From the NCBI GenBank assembly GCA_038128265.1, contig JAYPJE010000019.1, positions 1 through 64,000 of the forward strand: a DNA stretch of 64,000 bases, in the 5' to 3' direction. The notes beneath the pieces are model-generated. The model was not told the origin of the DNA. It ran no database searches and saw only the letters and a program-made list of their open reading frames with translations. Source of the stretch: Gemmatimonadota bacterium. Lineage in GTDB: Bacteria; Latescibacterota; UBA2968; UBA8231. A program made the translations under genes and the position numbers. Below are positions 59,805 to 64,000 of the stretch, one piece after another. Positions within the stretch are counted from its first letter, which is position 1. Each line of letters opens with the position of its first letter.

Positions 59805-60004
59805 GCGTCCCCGCCCTCTCGGCGCACTAAATGCCAGCCAGCGACGTGTGCTTCATGCACGCGCGCGACCCGACCTCGCTACTTAAATATATCAAATAGG
59901 CGGCACCGCGTAAGCGAAAATACAGCGAATGCAGAACAGATAAGATCAATAAAAACAGAAAGTAGACTACTTTTATGGAATTGTGATAAATGGACAGGCG
60001 GTCG

Positions 60005-60730
<726 letters not shown>

Positions 60731-60731
60731 G

Positions 60732-61136
60732 TTAGCGCCCTCGACCTCCCCCGCGACCGCCGCTACCCGCGCCGCCGCCGGAGCGCATCTTAAGACTTTC
60801 GAATAGCTCGAACTGCTCTTTGCTGAGGATATTGCTCACCGCGCCGTCCAGCGCGCCCTGCACCGCGTTGACCTTCTCCATAGCCGCCTGCGGATCGCTG
60901 GCCATGCCGCTCGTCAGTTCCTTGCGCTGGTCCCATGCCTCCTGAAAAGCAAACTGCAGCGCCTTGAGCCGGTCTCCGCCTACTTTCAATTCAAAACAGA
61001 TTAGCGCCCAGTCGCGATCCAGCGTGGCCAGCGGCATGCCGCCGCGACCGCGACCGCGATTGCCGCCGCTCTGCGCCTGCACGTATGCAGTCCACGCAAT
61101 GAGCGTAGCAAACAAGATCCAACTCACTTTCTTCAT
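60732..61136 (-). CDS. small secreted helical protein (Spy/CpxP-like LxxEQ motif, Gly/Arg-rich ends)
   Basis: Signal peptide ending VQA, ILSKEQF, GGRG repeats, GGAGG RBS. Confidence 0.6.
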   Translation of the reverse strand: MKKVSWILFATLIAWTAYVQAQSGGNRGRGRGGMPLATLDRDWALICFELKVGGDRLKALQFAFQEAWDQRKELTSGMASDPQAAMEKVNAVQGALDGAVSNILSKEQFELFESLKMRSGGGAGSGGRGGGRGR

Positions 61137-61168
61137 TTTGTCCTCCTCCGTCGCTAGCAGCGACTGGC

Positions 61169-62575
61169 TCAGGTTATATCCGTGCGCAAAAACGCAACAA
61201 AGGCCACCATGAAAAACAGCACGGCAAACACGATGAGCAGCAGCACATCGGTCGAGCGCACCTGCAGGCGCATGCCTAAATTTTCGGGCCGATAGTTGAA
61301 CACCGGCATATCGTCAATCGAGTAGTCTTCGTCGTTGCTGCTGCCCCAAAACATCCCCTCGTTGCCGCTCTCGGCCATTTTCTCGTCGACGTAGCGGGCA
61401 AATTGGCGCTGGTAGGAACGCAGTGCATCGACCAACTCCTGTTCGTGGCGCACGCCGGTAACGCCAATGTCCGTATTGGCGTATACATAGGTTGCGACCG
61501 GCGAAAGGCGCGTTAAATTGCGCGCCACGTCGACCTGATGACTTAACTGGCGCTCAAAGTCGCGCACGATCTCCTCGGTGACGCGGTGAATATCGCGCTG
61601 CAGCACCTCGCGCCCCTCGACCATTTTGCGACGCACCGCAGCGCGCTCCTCGCGGCTCATACTGCGAAAGTTGCCTCGCCGCATCGAGCGCATTTCAGAA
61701 AAAAAGGCGTCGTTGAGCGCCTTGGCGCGCTCGGCAATCATGCGCTGCACCTGGCCGACATCGGGTACGGGCGCGACGATCTCGGCTAAGTAGGGACCGG
61801 AGTTGGGCACGATCAGCGCCAGCAGCACCCAGATGGCCAGCAGGCTAAAAATCGAGGTCGAAGAGCGCCGAGCCAGCACGGATACCATTAGCCCAATGGA
61901 AAACATTACGGCAATCAGCACTAGGGAAACGATACCCGACACGCTAAAAGCCTGCCAGTCCTGCAGCGAAAACACGATATCACCCGACGTATTAATGAGC
62001 AGGGCGCCCAGCACCAGAGAGGCGAAAAACGGCAGGGCCAAGCTCATATAGCCGCCGATCCACTTGGCGAGAATGACCAAATCGCGCGGCACCGAATACG
62101 ACATAAGCAGCTTGAGCGTGCCGCTCTCGCGCTCGCCGGCCACGGCATCGTACGAAATAAAAAACGCCAGCAGGCTGAGGACGACGCCAACGACAAAGAG
62201 CATATCGGCGACCGGCAGCATGAGCACCATGGGATTGGTGGTAAAGTTGCCCTCAAAACCCGGCAGAAAGTTACCGCCGATCTGCGCCGTTCGATCGGTG
62301 GTTTTTTCCATGCCAAAAAACAGCACCTGAAAATCCTGCGGTGGTCGGTCGACGCGCACGCCGATATTGTCTAGGTCTCGGTAGCTACCGTACTCTTCGG
62401 CCTGCTGCTGATAGAGCTGGCGATTTTCGCTGTAATCGATGCGCTTGGCAGCCAAGTCGGCCCGCAGCACGAAGACGCTCAGTGACCCCAGCACCACGCA
62501 GAGCACCGCGCATACGACAAAGCGTAGCTCCAATAGGTTCTGCACCAGCTCTTTGCGCACCATCGTCCACAGCAT
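61169..62575 (-). CDS. ABC-2 type transporter permease
   Basis: YDAVAGERESGTLKLLMS, LAKWIGG, RLSP; start at ATG 62575. Confidence 0.88.
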   Translation of the reverse strand: MLWTMVRKELVQNLLELRFVVCAVLCVVLGSLSVFVLRADLAAKRIDYSENRQLYQQQAEEYGSYRDLDNIGVRVDRPPQDFQVLFFGMEKTTDRTAQIGGNFLPGFEGNFTTNPMVLMLPVADMLFVVGVVLSLLAFFISYDAVAGERESGTLKLLMSYSVPRDLVILAKWIGGYMSLALPFFASLVLGALLINTSGDIVFSLQDWQAFSVSGIVSLVLIAVMFSIGLMVSVLARRSSTSIFSLLAIWVLLALIVPNSGPYLAEIVAPVPDVGQVQRMIAERAKALNDAFFSEMRSMRRGNFRSMSREERAAVRRKMVEGREVLQRDIHRVTEEIVRDFERQLSHQVDVARNLTRLSPVATYVYANTDIGVTGVRHEQELVDALRSYQRQFARYVDEKMAESGNEGMFWGSSNDEDYSIDDMPVFNYRPENLGMRLQVRSTDVLLLIVFAVLFFMVAFVAFLRTDIT

Positions 62576-62585
62576 GGGCGGCCTA

Positions 62586-63971
62586 TCAGCGCATGAGATC
62601 GTAGCGCAAAAACGCCACGTGAGCAGCGAGGAAGAACGCCACATTGAGGGCGACCAGCACCAGCAGGTCGGCGCGCACATCGACGAGTGACGACGTCAGT
62701 TCGGGCAGCGGCGGCGCAAAGGCAGGCAGCTCGTTGGGATCGAGCGGCGCCTCCATAATCTCCTGGCGCTCTTCCGAGTCGACGGCCGACTCAGCCTGGC
62801 GACGGCGCATATCCGATACCGCTTCTACTTTGGCTACGAACTCCTCGCGATAGCGGTCGATGTATTCGCGCAAATCGGCAAAGCCACGCAGTCCGGTCCC
62901 CGCCATACCCGTCGTCGCATGGACGTAACTAGTCGACGGCGATATGCGCGCCAGCGCCATGCCCAATTCAATCTGCCGATCGACCTTCTGCAGGTAGTCC
63001 GCCAGCATTTTATCCGTCTCTTCGCGCATTTTTATCTGCGCCTCGTCGAACTGCTGCTGGCGGTCTTCGCGCGTGGACGAACGCCGCCAGTTGCGCCGCT
63101 GCGCATTCATCACTTCGCGCTGAATGGCCTCTTGCTTGCCGGCGATCACGCCGGGCGAAGGCACGGATACCAGCGCGCGCGCGACGATGGGTGCCGTATT
63201 GGGTATCATCAGCACGAGCAGCACCCAGACGAGAAAGTTGAGCACCAGCGACGTCGACGTGCGCCTGACCAGCGTCGATATGAGCAAGCCCAGGCCAAAG
63301 AAGAGCGACATATAGAGGGCCGCTACGGCCATCATGCCGGCCAGTACCGCCCACTGTGACGCGCTCAAGCTGAATACGGTCGTAGCCTGGGCGATAAACA
63401 ACGCACAGGCCAGCGATAGGAAGAATGGAAGAATCAGTGCGGCATAGCCGCCGATCCACTTGGCCAACAGCAGGGTGTGGCGCGGCAGTGCCTGGGCTAG
63501 CAGCAGGCGCAGCGTGCCTTCCTCTTGTTCGCCGCAAATGGCGTCAAAGGCGAATAGAACGGCCAGCAGGCTGCCGACGATATTGACGATGTAGAGCACG
63601 TCGGGTGCCGGAAAGAGCACGTAGAGCGGATTGGTGTATTTACTGCGTCCCAGGCGAGCCGACTGCATCTGCGAAATCGAGATGGAGCGCGACATCTCCT
63701 TTTCCAAACCCATGGCAAAAACGCTGAGCGGATTAGGCGGACGATCGACCTCGATGCCGCTCCAGCGCAGCTGGCGAAAGTCGGCGGCCTCGGCCAGCTT
63801 CTCCTTTTGCGCGCGTCCCGCCTCGGCATGACTCTCAACCTGGCGCTCGTAGCCCAGCGCAATGATTTCTACGGACGAGACAATCAGCACCAGCAGCAGC
63901 GCAAAGGCCAGCGCAAAGCGAAAGCTAAGCAGGTGGGCGCGTATCTCTTTGACGATCAACAGACGCAGCAT
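62586..63971 (-). CDS. ABC-2 type transporter permease
   Basis: FDAICGEQEEGTLRLLL, LAKWIGG, RISP; paralogue of the downstream permease. Confidence 0.88.
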   Translation of the reverse strand: MLRLLIVKEIRAHLLSFRFALAFALLLVLIVSSVEIIALGYERQVESHAEAGRAQKEKLAEAADFRQLRWSGIEVDRPPNPLSVFAMGLEKEMSRSISISQMQSARLGRSKYTNPLYVLFPAPDVLYIVNIVGSLLAVLFAFDAICGEQEEGTLRLLLAQALPRHTLLLAKWIGGYAALILPFFLSLACALFIAQATTVFSLSASQWAVLAGMMAVAALYMSLFFGLGLLISTLVRRTSTSLVLNFLVWVLLVLMIPNTAPIVARALVSVPSPGVIAGKQEAIQREVMNAQRRNWRRSSTREDRQQQFDEAQIKMREETDKMLADYLQKVDRQIELGMALARISPSTSYVHATTGMAGTGLRGFADLREYIDRYREEFVAKVEAVSDMRRRQAESAVDSEERQEIMEAPLDPNELPAFAPPLPELTSSLVDVRADLLVLVALNVAFFLAAHVAFLRYDLMR

Positions 63972-64000
63972 GGGCGGCCCTGTATGGAAGGCAAACGTCC

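Overview
This GC-rich bacterial window is gene-dense (about 57 CDS). I found no rRNA, tRNA, CRISPR array or mobile element. The gene repertoire includes FlgD-Ig/T9SS-like C-termini, a 'TAVE..SWGxVK' tail, a short RpoD-type sigma, DUF2723 and many Gfo/Idh/MocA enzymes. This suggests an FCB-group organism such as Ca. Latescibacterota (inference). The main feature is a ~18 kb putative light/photo-oxidative-stress island (5020-22969). It holds two CarH/LitR-type B12 photoreceptor-repressors, both keeping the W-x9-EH and H-x-x-G motifs. It also holds a divergently transcribed non-ECF sigma-70 factor heading an operon with a SnoaL protein and a CPD photolyase. The rest of the island is a fasciclin, an MBOAT, a TonB receptor with a DUF4249 lipoprotein, and a desaturase plus UfaD/UfaO/UfaM-like operon resembling furan-fatty-acid biosynthesis. 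Tandem 11-bp CarH-type operator repeats are visible over the -35 boxes of the sigma and fasciclin promoters. All three desaturase genes in the window share a TTG-N3-N16-TATCYT promoter shape. Other points of note are a desaturase fused to an 18-aa amphipathic repeat tail, a sigma-54 pspA promoter with a PspF-like UAS, a probable ATC start codon, a GlmU-like protein lacking acetyltransferase motifs and an 851-aa orphan. The remainder is carbohydrate and housekeeping metabolism (galETK, trmH, ppk1, ABC exporter).
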